A DNA stretch of 63,609 bases, filler included, from Octopus bimaculoides (taxonomy: Eukaryota), in NCBI RefSeq assembly GCF_001194135.2. It is 5 parts of 3 records of this genome, joined end to end, with 100 filler letters (N's around TTAATTAATTAA, not from the genome) between each part and the next. Parts side by side here need not be neighbours in the genome. Positions count along the whole stretch, not along the records: positions 43,134 to 53,764 come from NC_069000.1; positions 53,865 to 61,182 come from NC_068987.1; positions 61,283 to 63,609 come from NC_068991.1; 2 more parts are not named here. One strand, given 5' to 3'. Numbering within the stretch: position 1 is the first letter of the stretch; each line of letters starts with the position of its first letter. This document shows positions 53,311 through 63,609 of this stretch, piece by piece. Below the pieces are notes generated by a model, which did not search any database, was not told the origin of the DNA, and saw only the letters and a list, made by a program, of their open reading frames with translations. Made by a program: the position numbers and the translations under genes.

Positions 53311-56130
53311 TTGTTGTTGTTGTTGTTTTTATAGATAGTTGCGTGTTTCCCTAAGAGGCTGAGTACTTCAATCAAAGTCATGTCAGTGACATCACACAAT
53401 CTTAGGGCATGAGGTCTCTCTCTCTCCTTCTCTGTCTTTGTTTCTTTCTTCAGGAGTGACATATACTTTGAGACTTTTGTGTAAAGTGCATAATTTGATT
53501 TGAAATTGGGTGGACATATAGCGAAAGGTGACGGTGGGGCATCCAAAAGGAGAAAAAGAAATAAAGATGAAGTTCAGCGTGTGCTCTCAAGTTATCTCTT
53601 GAAACTTTTAGTGTCAGAATCTAACCCCCATAGACCCTGGGAGATAAATAATAATATTGCGTTGAAAATAAAAGGATAGAAAAAGAGATACAAAGGGGAA
53701 GTGAGAGAAAGAGAGAGACAGAGAGACAGAAACTCAGTCATCCATTAATATATATATATATATANNNNNNNNNNNNNNNNNNNNNNNNNNNNNNNNNNNN
53801 NNNNNNNNTTAATTAATTAANNNNNNNNNNNNNNNNNNNNNNNNNNNNNNNNNNNNNNNNNNNNCTAAAGTACGTAAATAGGCACACACACACACATATA
53901 CGTACGTTCACACACACTTACATATTTATACTTGTGAGTCGGAGGGTGAGAGAGAGGGTGAGATACAGAGAGGCAGACAGGCAGAGAAAGGGAGGGAGTG
54001 ACAGACAGTGAGAAGGAGAGAAAAACAAATCGAAAGGTTGATGCCAATACGCTCAGCTGTCAACAGCTGTGACAAATCTGAACCCAAAGAAAACCGGAAG
54101 TGACGAAATTCTACTCCTTCGGGAGCTGTTCATTAGACATTCATGTACTATCAGTGCGCGTGCACAAACGCGCGCGCATACACACACACATACACACACA
54201 CACACACTCAGTGACGACGATAACGACGATATTTTTGCCTGATAAAGAACATTTGTTACTTTTACGGTTCTTGTTTCTATCGATATTGTTTAGTCCCAGG
54301 TCAACTGTGATCTCTTTGTTTTTATTTTATCATCTTTTTCTCTTTTACTTGCAGGGTTTGGTGAAAAGAGACAGTTCCTATGGTATTTGCTGACGGTTCT
54401 AGACGGCTGCGATTCATACCATTAATTTTCGTCTTAAACCTTTACAAGTCAACACCTGCAGGAAAGGAATGCAGTGGAAGCAAATTCAAGAGGACCTATG
54501 TTCTTGGAAGGAAGAACTGGACGTAGAGATTAGCATAGTATCTGTGCATAGACTGGACACAACAAGATTAGTGAAAGGAGGAGAGACAAGTGAGACAAAA
54601 ATGACTCGATGTAGGTTGCATGAGTCTAGCAGGCTCCAAGGAGCAATGGCCATTAAAGTAGCGATAAGGTAGGTAGAGTGGCAAAAATGTGCCTGTGAGC
54701 CAGAAGCAGGAGTATGTGGTTGACTTTGTGTCAGTCAGTTGGGTGGCCTTTTCTAGATGCAGTCTAGTATGTCTGTATGTGTAACACTAATACGGTTCCA
54801 ATTGTGAAAGCATTACTCTTAACTAAGCTTTCTAGAGTATCATTGATTACTGGGGAATGAAATATTTTCTGTCCCATAAGAGAGGGAACAATCGTCGGGA
54901 AGCAGTACTGGTTATGTTAAGAAAATGCTATGCTTTCACCAGAAGAGATCCTCGGTAGTAGTGGATCCCAACAATTGGAGCAATGTGAAAGCTCAAGTTG
55001 CGCTCGCATGCGAGGTATTCTGTGATGATGTCTACTTGATAAGAGTAGCGTGAGCATGCGCGTGCGCGTGTATGTAAATGTACTATCGAGAGTTTAGTTT
55101 TACCACTTTGAATTATGCCAGGTAATTATATGTTTCATAAATACAATACTTTTAATTTCAAATTCTTTTAAAATTTTGGGCCTTTTTTTTTTTTTATTGA
55201 ACTTCATTTTACTTATGCAAAATAATAAAAGTAATACCAATTTCCAGAATATAAATAGATTTCAAAATAAAATTAGATGAAACAATTTTGAGAAATATTC
55301 GTAGAAGGCCGTTGGTAACAAGTTTATATTTATATATATACTGTGAGAACATTTTTCTAAACAAACTTAGAATATTTGCGCTAAATATATGTTCTCATTA
55401 ACAATAATACTGTTTAACCATCAATAATTACAATAATACTGAAATACTCGTATGTTATTTTCGGGGATAATAAATACGTTACTATTGTATCAGTAAAAAT
55501 CAATTTTATGTTACCAACATACAAAAGATCTTAATTATTGAACTCAAGCAACATTATCTTATGTTATCCACTCTGGAAAAAAGTATATTTGCAGAATTAC
55601 TTGTATTGGTAGTTAGCACACTATCGCAGAAAATAAAAGCATTTCTATATCTTTTACATAAATTTCATCTTTAGGAACAAAATTTTACTAAAACCAGTTT
55701 GGGAATTCTACAGCTGTCAGCCATATTCTTTTCTGTTTTTTTTCTTTTTTTTTTTATACTTGCACATTGAGAGTTTATTTTCATTCAGTCCTTTCGATGT
55801 ATGTAGATTAAGAACCCCTTTGATTAATAATGGTTTCACCTAATGCATTACAGAGTATTAATAAAGTGATTTGATCTGTAGGTGTTTTTATTCCCCAAAC
55901 AGTTTCTCTTGTTCTTGATGTAAAAGTTACCTTGGTATTTTCTTCCAGAATTGACTGATTTCATCAGCATTAATTATATGTTTTCAAGAACAAGAATCTT
56001 CTTTAATTATTTTAGTTAACTATAGCTCAAATTCTTTCGCAGTTTTCCAGTCTCTTGATCTACTTTTGCCATGCAATTTGATATTATGGAGGAAATTTAA
56101 TTTTAAACGAATATTTCACACCATCCCGTA

Positions 56131-56646
56131 CGCAAATTTTTTCTCCTACGAGAGTTCCGGACACTAGTTATGAACTCATTTGCAGACAGCCAATCAGAGC
56201 TCAACTATCAAACTAATCTATGAGCACATAACAAGTAATGGGCGATAAGATAAGGTCATTTGGGTAAGGAATGACCATGCTTCTTTTCTCTTTTAATAAT
56301 GTTTGTTGTTCTTGTTTCAACCATGGCTGACTCTGCGTAGTTATTTGTGTTATTGTTTACTTTGTAAAATAGTAAGGGGAGAGGGTTGCTAGCACATCAC
56401 CCTCTACCCACATGTTTCCCATATGGAGCCCTAACAAAATCCGATAATAGGTATATATGCCGATCTATCTAATTACTTGTCTCCTAAAATCAGGCATAAC
56501 TTGGCGATCACCGTTCTTCGTCTTGAGTTTACTTGGTAGAGTGTGTTTGTTAACTTGACAACAAGGTCGAGATGAGCTCTGATTGGCTGTATGCAAATGA
56601 GCTCATTACTGGGGTCCGGAACTCTCATAGCAAAAAAATTTTTCGC
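56131..56646. mobile_element. Element with about 73-bp imperfect inverted repeats (MITE / foldback)
   Basis: 56131-56203 versus the reverse complement of 56573-56646: gagagttccggac...ctcatttgca(g/t)acagccaatcagagctca. Confidence 0.7.
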
Positions 56647-57417
56647 TTCCCGTAACTACCCAAATATCCAGCTTGTTCTTGATTAGATGCTTGATTTGTA
56701 ATGAATGATTTAATGGAAAAAAAAAAAAAAAAAAAAAAAAAANNNNNNNNNNNNNNNNNNNNNNNNNNNNNNNNNNNNNNNNNNNNNNNNNNNNNNNNNN
56801 NNNNNNNNNNNNNNNNNNNNNNNNNNNNNNNNNNNNNNNNNNNNNNNNNNNNNNNNNNNNNNNNNNNNNNNNNNNNNNNNNNNNNNNNNNNNNNNNNNNN
56901 NNNNNNNNNNNNNNNNNNNNNNNNNNNNNNNNNNNNNNNNNNNNNNNNNNNNNNNNNNNNNNNNNNNNNNNNNNNNNNNNNNNNNNNNNNNNNNNNNNNN
57001 NNNNNNNNNNNNNNNNNNNNNNNNNNNNNNNNNNNNNNNNNNNNNNNNNNNNNNNNNNNNNNNNNNNNNNNNNNNNNNNNNNNNNNNNNNNNNNNNNNNN
57101 NNNNNNNNNNNNNNNNNNNNNNNNNNNNNNNNNNNNNNNNNNNNNNNNNNNNNNNNNNNNNNNNNNNNNNNNNNNNNNNNNNNNNNNNNNNNNNNNNNNN
57201 NNNNNNNNNNNNNNNNNNNNNNNNNNNNNNNNNNNNNNNNNNNNNNNNNNNNNNNGTAGACCATCGCACACTCGAATAAATGAAGAAAGAAAAACAAAAC
57301 AAAAACAACAAAACGACGGCTTTGCATTTCTAAATGATATACGTTAAAAATATTTCTATCTAATGATAGCCAATATGGATATTACATTGTTGCTCGGTTG
57401 ATTTCTCCAGTAATACA

Positions 57418-57830
57418 GGCGCAGGCGTGGCGGTGTGATAAGACACTTACTTACCAACCACATGGTTCTGGGTTCAGTCCCACTCCGTGACATCTTGAGC
57501 AGGTGTCTTCTACTATAGCCTCAGGCTGACCAAAACCTTGTGAGTGGATTTGGTAGACGGAAACTGAAAGAAGTCTGTCGTATATATGTGCGTGTGAGAG
57601 TGTGTGTGTGTCTTTCTATCTGTTTTTGTCTCCCACTACCGTTTGACAACAGGCGTTGGTGTGTTTACGTTCCCGTAACCTAACGGTTCGGCAAAACAGG
57701 TCGATATGATAAGTATCAGTCTTAAAAAAGTACTAGGATCGAGTCATTCCATTTAAAAAAATTCTTCAAGCGGTACGGCCAGTATGACCGCAATCTAATG
57801 ACTGAGATAATTAAAAGATAAAAGATAAAA
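57418..57830 (+). mobile_element. SINE family A, near full length
   Basis: Head ggcgcaggcgtggcggtgtg...ggttcagtccc; same core and 3' domain as 39665-40115. Confidence 0.85.
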
Positions 57831-57879
57831 AAATATAACACTTCACATTGTTTAGAGAGGATGAGTGGGTTAATTTGCT

Positions 57880-58235
57880 TTGCGGGAAGGACTGTTCCAA
57901 CGAAGTCGCGTATTGTCCTTGCCTTCGAAACGCGGAGTAGATGGAACAGGGACAACTGAAGAAGGGAAATATTCTTTATGTTGCATGTCTCGTTTCTCTG
58001 TTTTTTCTTTTTTTTTTTTTTTTTCGTTGTTCGAAAAAAAGTTCGTTTTCTGTCTTCGTCTTTATGTTTTCGTTTCTCATTGGGTTTAACGTCTTTTGTG
58101 ATGTCCTGTACCCATATATGCATGTATGTATACATATAGATGTAGGTATGTAGATATATGTATGGATATATGCATATATTTGTAAAATATTTATATTATT
58201 ATATAATCGAACACCACGCACCCGTTTCCAAGTAA
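57880..58235 (+). mobile_element. Variant of the 4.0-4.9 kb repeat family (3' part)
   Basis: Shares gaaacgcggagtagat...gacaactga(a/t)gaaggg, gtcctgtacccatatatgca and the terminus ttccaagtaagttt. Confidence 0.65.
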
Positions 58236-58282
58236 GTTTTATCTATCTATCTACACACACACACACACACACACACTCACAC

Positions 58283-58312
58283 ACTAGCAATGCATCCCGG
58301 CGTTGCCCCGGT
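58283..58312 (+). mobile_element. Possible Helitron/Helentron-type non-autonomous terminus
   Basis: actagcaatgcatcccggcgttgccccgg resembles a commonly seen rolling-circle element end (recalled, not searched); the other end was not identified. Confidence 0.3.
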
Positions 58313-58516
58313 GTTATGACCTACAAGCACATTGTATTATTTGCTCCTTTCTTATTGGCATAGTTGATAGATAGTTAATGGAATAATGGAAATTATTGTT
58401 TATTTAATAGTGAAGGGCGAGGGTACAGTTTGCATGAAAGTGCTTTCTGTTGTTAAGGATCAGAAACTGTGTATTGTTTCATCGTATAAAAGGAGCTTAT
58501 TACGACTTTGTCCAGA

Positions 58517-58567
<51 letters not shown>

Positions 58568-59259
58568 TTTATTATATATATATGAGTACTAGCTTAAAAG
58601 CCGCCCTATCGGTGGGTTTTCAGCTAGTTTCTGTGAGAGGGGGGGGGGGCTCTTCCTTAGGCCTTGGGCCCAACAAAGATACTATATGCATTGAGTACGT
58701 ATTAAACTTCATTAAACCTGAACAATATTTTTCAAGCAATGAACAATTTTCATCAAAACGATATAATTTGTCGACTTGGAACTTATTGCAAAGCTGCATG
58801 ATAAACAACAGTACTACCACTACCGCCACCAGATCTGCCATATACACCATTCAGACTTCTGACACCACCACCATCAATACATTTGACATCGCCGCCTTCC
58901 CCTCCACCACTATCACCTCTGCCTTTCACATCGCCTACTCTCACCGTCATCCCTGACCCCCTCGGTTACCATCACCACCACCACTACCACCACCATCATC
59001 ACCACCGCCTCCGTCTCTATCACAACTACAGCTCATACTATTACTATCACCCCATATCCATCAGTGTTCAGTATGTTAGTTTAGCATGCTGGTTCAGTGT
59101 TCAGTCCCTCTTTCTCTCACATACCCACTCTCTTTCTCTCTTATTATTATTATTATTATTACTCCCACTGCCACCATCAACACTACTACTTTTAATAAAA
59201 TATCCTCAACTCTCCCAAAATTTCTTTCTCTCTCTTTCTCTCCCTCTCTTTTTCTTTCT

Positions 59260-59303
<44 letters not shown>

Positions 59304-59559
59304 TCGCCACCGCCATCACTGTCTTTATGCTTACTATTACTCTCACCCCAGCACGAGGAATAGTAGAAGTGTCATTGAATAGTGAGAGAATGGGTCAAAG
59401 TGTGACACAGTGACACACCGAAATTAGTTTTTGCATTTATTATATTAGATTAAGTAAGACAATGGAGAGATTTAATGGATATAAATCAACTTCTTAATTA
59501 ATTAATGTCGCCTATAATTGTTTCAATTAATACCCAAAACAAATTACGAAACATATATT

Positions 59560-59790
59560 ACAAGAGCACTCAGAGAGCGCAAGCCTCCGCAATATCAACG
59601 CCCTCTCAATGATTAGCCAGAGATGATTTTTAAAATGAGAATATCTAAAATAAACGCGACTGCTCTCACAAACGAGAATACTAAAAATGAACCTGACTGC
59701 TCTCAAAAATTAAGTTTAAAAACACGAAAAAATAATCCAGCATCATTGTCCGGTACCTGATCGATTACAATGGTAGTTATGGAATGTGAA
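59560..59790 (+). mobile_element. Possible Helentron-associated repeat with an internal 2x37-bp tandem
   Basis: Starts acaagagcactcagagagcgc; the tandem gagaata...gactgctctca at 59637-59710 is directly visible; the family label is inference. Confidence 0.3.
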
Positions 59791-60619
59791 GGGGGCTGTA
59801 GAAAATTTAGTAGCAGTAATAAATAGTTTATCTAACAAATTCACCATTGAAAATAGTTTCAAAGGCAGAGGTAATAATATGTTCTTCTCAGAAATTTTAA
59901 AATAAATAGCATGAGACCTTTTGGTTTTCTCTTCTCTTAAATTCCAACCTTCCTTTAGTATTCTTGTTTTAGTTCGATATATAGATGTATGTATATATGT
60001 AAGTATACTGTAAAGTGTTAATATGTATGTATAATATATATATTATAAAGAATAAAAAGTTTTGAATTGTACAACAATGCACTATAATACAAACAATGGG
60101 CTATACACATGTTGTAATTTAGTCATGCATAGTCTGATGATATTTCGGAATAAAATTCCTTCTTCAGATATTCTTAAATGGAGTCGCTGCTATAGTGTTA
60201 TTTAATTTCTGAACAGTTTTGCTACCGTTTGTTTATGTAGCTTGATTTCTTTATCCATCAATTTCTACTAAGGTAGAGACGCGAGTAAAATTAATAACAG
60301 AAAAACGAAAATAAAACTTCAGAAACAGCCTAAAGGGAGATAATTGAGAAAGACTTGAAAGTCAACGTAAGATCGTGATCTTGTAAAATAAAGTGAAATA
60401 TCATCAGGGTATCTGTTAGGATATCTCAACTGATCAACTTGTAAACTCTGTAATGTCCTTTGCCTTGAAAGTATTTCATTCAAAATCTTCAAAATGTAAA
60501 CTTATATTATTATATATGTTTTTAATTTGTAATGGGTGTGAATTGAAACAATTGCAGGCAATGTTAATTAATTAATAAATTAATTTATATCCAAAAGTAG
60601 AGAGTAATCCATACACACA

Positions 60620-61182
60620 CTCTATACTATTTTCTCCTTCATCGTTTTCTCTCATCCTTTCTCTAATTCCTTTTTTCTCCCCTTCACCGTTCTCTATCTG
60701 TCTTTCTCTCCCCCTCTTTCTCCTTCCCCCCCCCCTCGTTGCTCACACGTGACCATCGACCTTTTTTTTTTCCTCACGTGATCATCTTTCTTTTCTTTCA
60801 GGACTGTCCTATGGACTGGACGTATCCTATCTCGTTTCTCTTGTCAAATAAAATATTTCTCCAGCGTTCGCTATTTTACCCTCATTCTGGTCTAACGACA
60901 CTCCATATTTGTTTTCATTCGGTTTCCTTGTATGTCTCCACTGTCCTATTTTTGTTCCCAACTTTAATCCTCCATAAATCCCAATGCTCGAAATGAGGAG
61001 TAGATAGACAGCCGACAACTGATGAAGGGTCATTCTTTATGTCACTTGTCCTATTTTCCATTTGTTTTTCTCGTTGTTTGCGTATTGAACTTATTTGTTT
61101 TCGTATTTCATGTTGTTTACTGTCGGTGACGTCCTGTACCCATATATGCATATATGTATATATATATATATATGTATATATA
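60620..61182 (+). mobile_element. Second long copy of the 4245-4950 repeat family
   Basis: Colinear similarity: ctctaattc...ccccttcaccgttct, ctcgtt.tcacacgtgaccat, gctcgaaatg.ggagtagata.acagccgaca.ctgatgaagggtc, gacgtcctgtacccatatatgca. Confidence 0.75.
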
Positions 61183-61282
61183 NNNNNNNNNNNNNNNNNN
61201 NNNNNNNNNNNNNNNNNNNNNNNNNNTTAATTAATTAANNNNNNNNNNNNNNNNNNNNNNNNNNNNNNNNNNNNNNNNNNNN

Positions 61283-63021
61283 TGAGGTTCCGGGCGCGTT
61301 CTGGCGGAGCCGGACACGTTGTTGCATCGCCGAGCACGTACTTGCGGTGCCGGGCATGTTCCTGCGGGACCGGGCACGTTATTGCGGCACCAGACACTTC
61401 TTGCGACGCCAGGCACTTCTTGCGGCGACAGGCACGTGCTTGCGATACCGGTCACGTTCTTGCCGCACCGGGCAGGTTCTTGCGTCGACGGGCACGTACT
61501 TACGGCCCCAGGCTCGTACTTACGGCACCAGGCACGTCCTTCCAGGCCCGGGCACGTACTAACGTCCCTAGCTATGTTCTTGCGGCCACACCCACGCACT
61601 TATGGCCTGGGGCACGTACTAACGGCCTCAGGCGCATACAAACGGCCCAGGGCACGTACTTGCACGTAGTTACTGTCACAGGGACGTTCTTGCGAAGCCG
61701 AGCACGTTGTTTCGGCTCCAGGCATCTTCTTGCGGACCCAGGCACGTTCCTACGGTCCTATGCACGTTCTTGCTACCCCGGCCGCGTTCTTACGGTTCCA
61801 GGCACATTACTGAGTCACATGTAGGTTCTTGCGGCGCCTGGCACGTTATTGCGTCCTCAGATACGTCCTTGCGGCGCTGGACACGTTCTTGCGGCGCCGG
61901 GCACGTTCTTAGGGCCCCGGGCATGTTTTACCGCCCCAGTAACGTTGTTGCGGCTCCAGGCACGTAGTTATGACCCTGGACACGTACGCACGGCTCCAGG
62001 AACGTACATGCGGCCCCAGGCACGTTCTTGCGGCTCCAGGCACGTTTTTGNNNNNNNNNNNNNNNNNNNNNNNNNNNNNNNNNNNNNNNNNNNNNCATTC
62101 TTGCGGGCCGGGCCCATACGGACCCGAGCCCGTTTTAGCCGCCCCAGTCACGTACTTACAGCACGAGGCACGTTCTTGCGGCCCCAAGCACGTACTTATG
62201 GCCCCAGGCATGTACATACGGCCTCAGGAAAGTACTTGCGGCGCCAGGCACGTACTAACAGCCGCAAGCACGTTCTTGCGACGCCAGGCACGTACATACG
62301 GCAGCGTGCACGGACTTGCGGCCGCAGGCACGTAGCTACTGCCCCGATCACGTATTTACGGTCCCAAGCCCGTAGTTGCGGCCCCAGGCACGTACTTACG
62401 ACCCCAGGTACCTTCTTGCGGCTCTAGGCGCGTAGTAACGGCTCCGGACATGTATTGCGGCCCCAGACACGTAGTTACTGCCCTGGGCGCGTACTTGTAG
62501 AACAAGGCAAGTTCTTGCGTTGCCAGGTATGTTCTTGCAGGGCCTTACACGTTCTTGCGCTGACGGGCACGTTGATGCGGTGCTGGACACTTTCTTGCGG
62601 TGACAGGCACGTGCTTCCGGCGCCGGTCACGTTCTTGCAGTGCCGAGCACGTTCTGCGGAGTTGGGCGCCGTACTTACGACACCATGGAACGTACATGCG
62701 TCACCAGGCACGTACTTGCGGCCCCAGGTACGTACTTACTGCCCTGGGCACGTTCTAGGGCACCAAGCACATTCTTGCGACGCCATGCCCGTTCTTGCGG
62801 CCCCAACAACGTTCTTGTGGCGGCAGGCACGTTGTTGTGGCCCCGAGCATGTCTTGCGTTTCCAGGCACGTTCTTGCAGCGCCAGGTACGTTCTTGAGGT
62901 TCCGAGCACGTCCTGCCGGAGCCGGACACGTTGTTGCGGTGCCGAGCATGTACTTGCGGAAACAGGTATATTCTTGCGGCGCCGGACACGAACTTACGGT
63001 TCCGGGCACGATTTGTCTTAC
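61283..63021. repeat. GC-rich, diverged 20-bp satellite (consensus about ggcacgt(t/a)cttgcggcccca)
   Basis: The ggcacgt-type motif recurs every about 20 nt; the ORF-track peptides cycle GHVLAAP / GTFLRPQ / ARTCGP, i.e. a 60-nt, three-monomer phase. Confidence 0.92.
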
Positions 63022-63419
63022 TCATTCAAGAGTTCCATCAACATTTAGCAATGGCACTTCTTTATAAAGCTGCCCTTATCCATATCAGCGCACTCTTCTC
63101 TTTTGTATATTATATCTGATGCCCAATTTTTCTCTCAACACATTTGCATTTTGTCACATGCATACGGATTTGCACATGCTCGCTTCATTTTTTGCTAGTC
63201 TTTACATATCCTCTGCATTCATGGCCTAGGTTTCACTACCTTGTAGCATTACTCTTCATACATGCATTCATACATATAAATTTACATATATGCATAAAAA
63301 TGTATATACATACAGGTATAAAAACACAAAGTATGAATGGGCAGTCTAAAGGTATCAAATCAATTTATAACATATTGAAGAGAGATGTATACTTGTATAT
63401 ATATCTCTCGCTTCCATAC

Positions 63420-63609
63420 TCCTTACTCTTTTACTTGTTTCAGTCATTTGACTGCAGCCATGCTGGAGCACCACCTTTAGTCGAGCAAATCAACCCCAGG
63501 ACTTATTCTTTGTAAGCCTAGTACTTATTCTATCGTTCTCTTTTTGCTGAATCACTAAGCTACGTGGATGTAAACACATCAGCATCGGTTGTCTAGCGAT
63601 GCTGGGGGG
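63420..63609 (-). mobile_element. SINE family A 3' half, running off the window
   Basis: Reverse complement of the 3' domain (catgctggagcacc, gtacttattctatc, catcggttgtc). Confidence 0.85.

Noticed and set aside
58883-59413. 176-aa Pro/His-rich ORF
   Set aside because: Built from (CAC)n, (ATT)n and (CT)n low-complexity tracts.
61283-63021. CRISPR-like array
   Set aside because: Monomers are contiguous and diverged, with no unique spacers or cas genes, in a eukaryotic context.
61231-63067. Overlapping 100-200 aa Cys/Arg/His-rich ORFs
   Set aside because: They arise from a nearly stop-free 20-bp satellite read in all frames on both strands, with no unique domain or gene signals.

Overview
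This is AT-rich, microsatellite-dense animal DNA from a gapped assembly, most likely a coleoid cephalopod such as Octopus (inferred from the repeat landscape, not from a search). I could not support any host protein-coding gene. Almost all ORF-track entries are translations of microsatellites, N gaps or a satellite. Four 100-bp spacers (44 N, TTAATTAATTAA, 44 N) split the window into five joined pieces, so adjacency across them is unproven. The recognisable content is mobile DNA: tRNA-headed SINE families, four Penelope-like (PLE) relics, four R4/Dong-type LINE fragments, a Ty3/Gypsy RT fragment, three mariner relics, MITEs and a GC-rich 20-bp satellite. Best leads: (1) a Gag/ORF1-only element inserted in a SINE head and sharing its 3' tail with the neighbouring self-nesting SINE units (25.0-27.4 kb); (2) minimal hammerhead-ribozyme motifs from several unrelated repeat families, plus one set of hammerhead strands in non-canonical order; (3) a 287-codon in-frame fusion of Gypsy RT to a Penelope GIY-YIG endonuclease; (4) R4/Dong LINEs stacked in (AAT)n tracts; (5) a mariner derivative with two inverted 5' ends.
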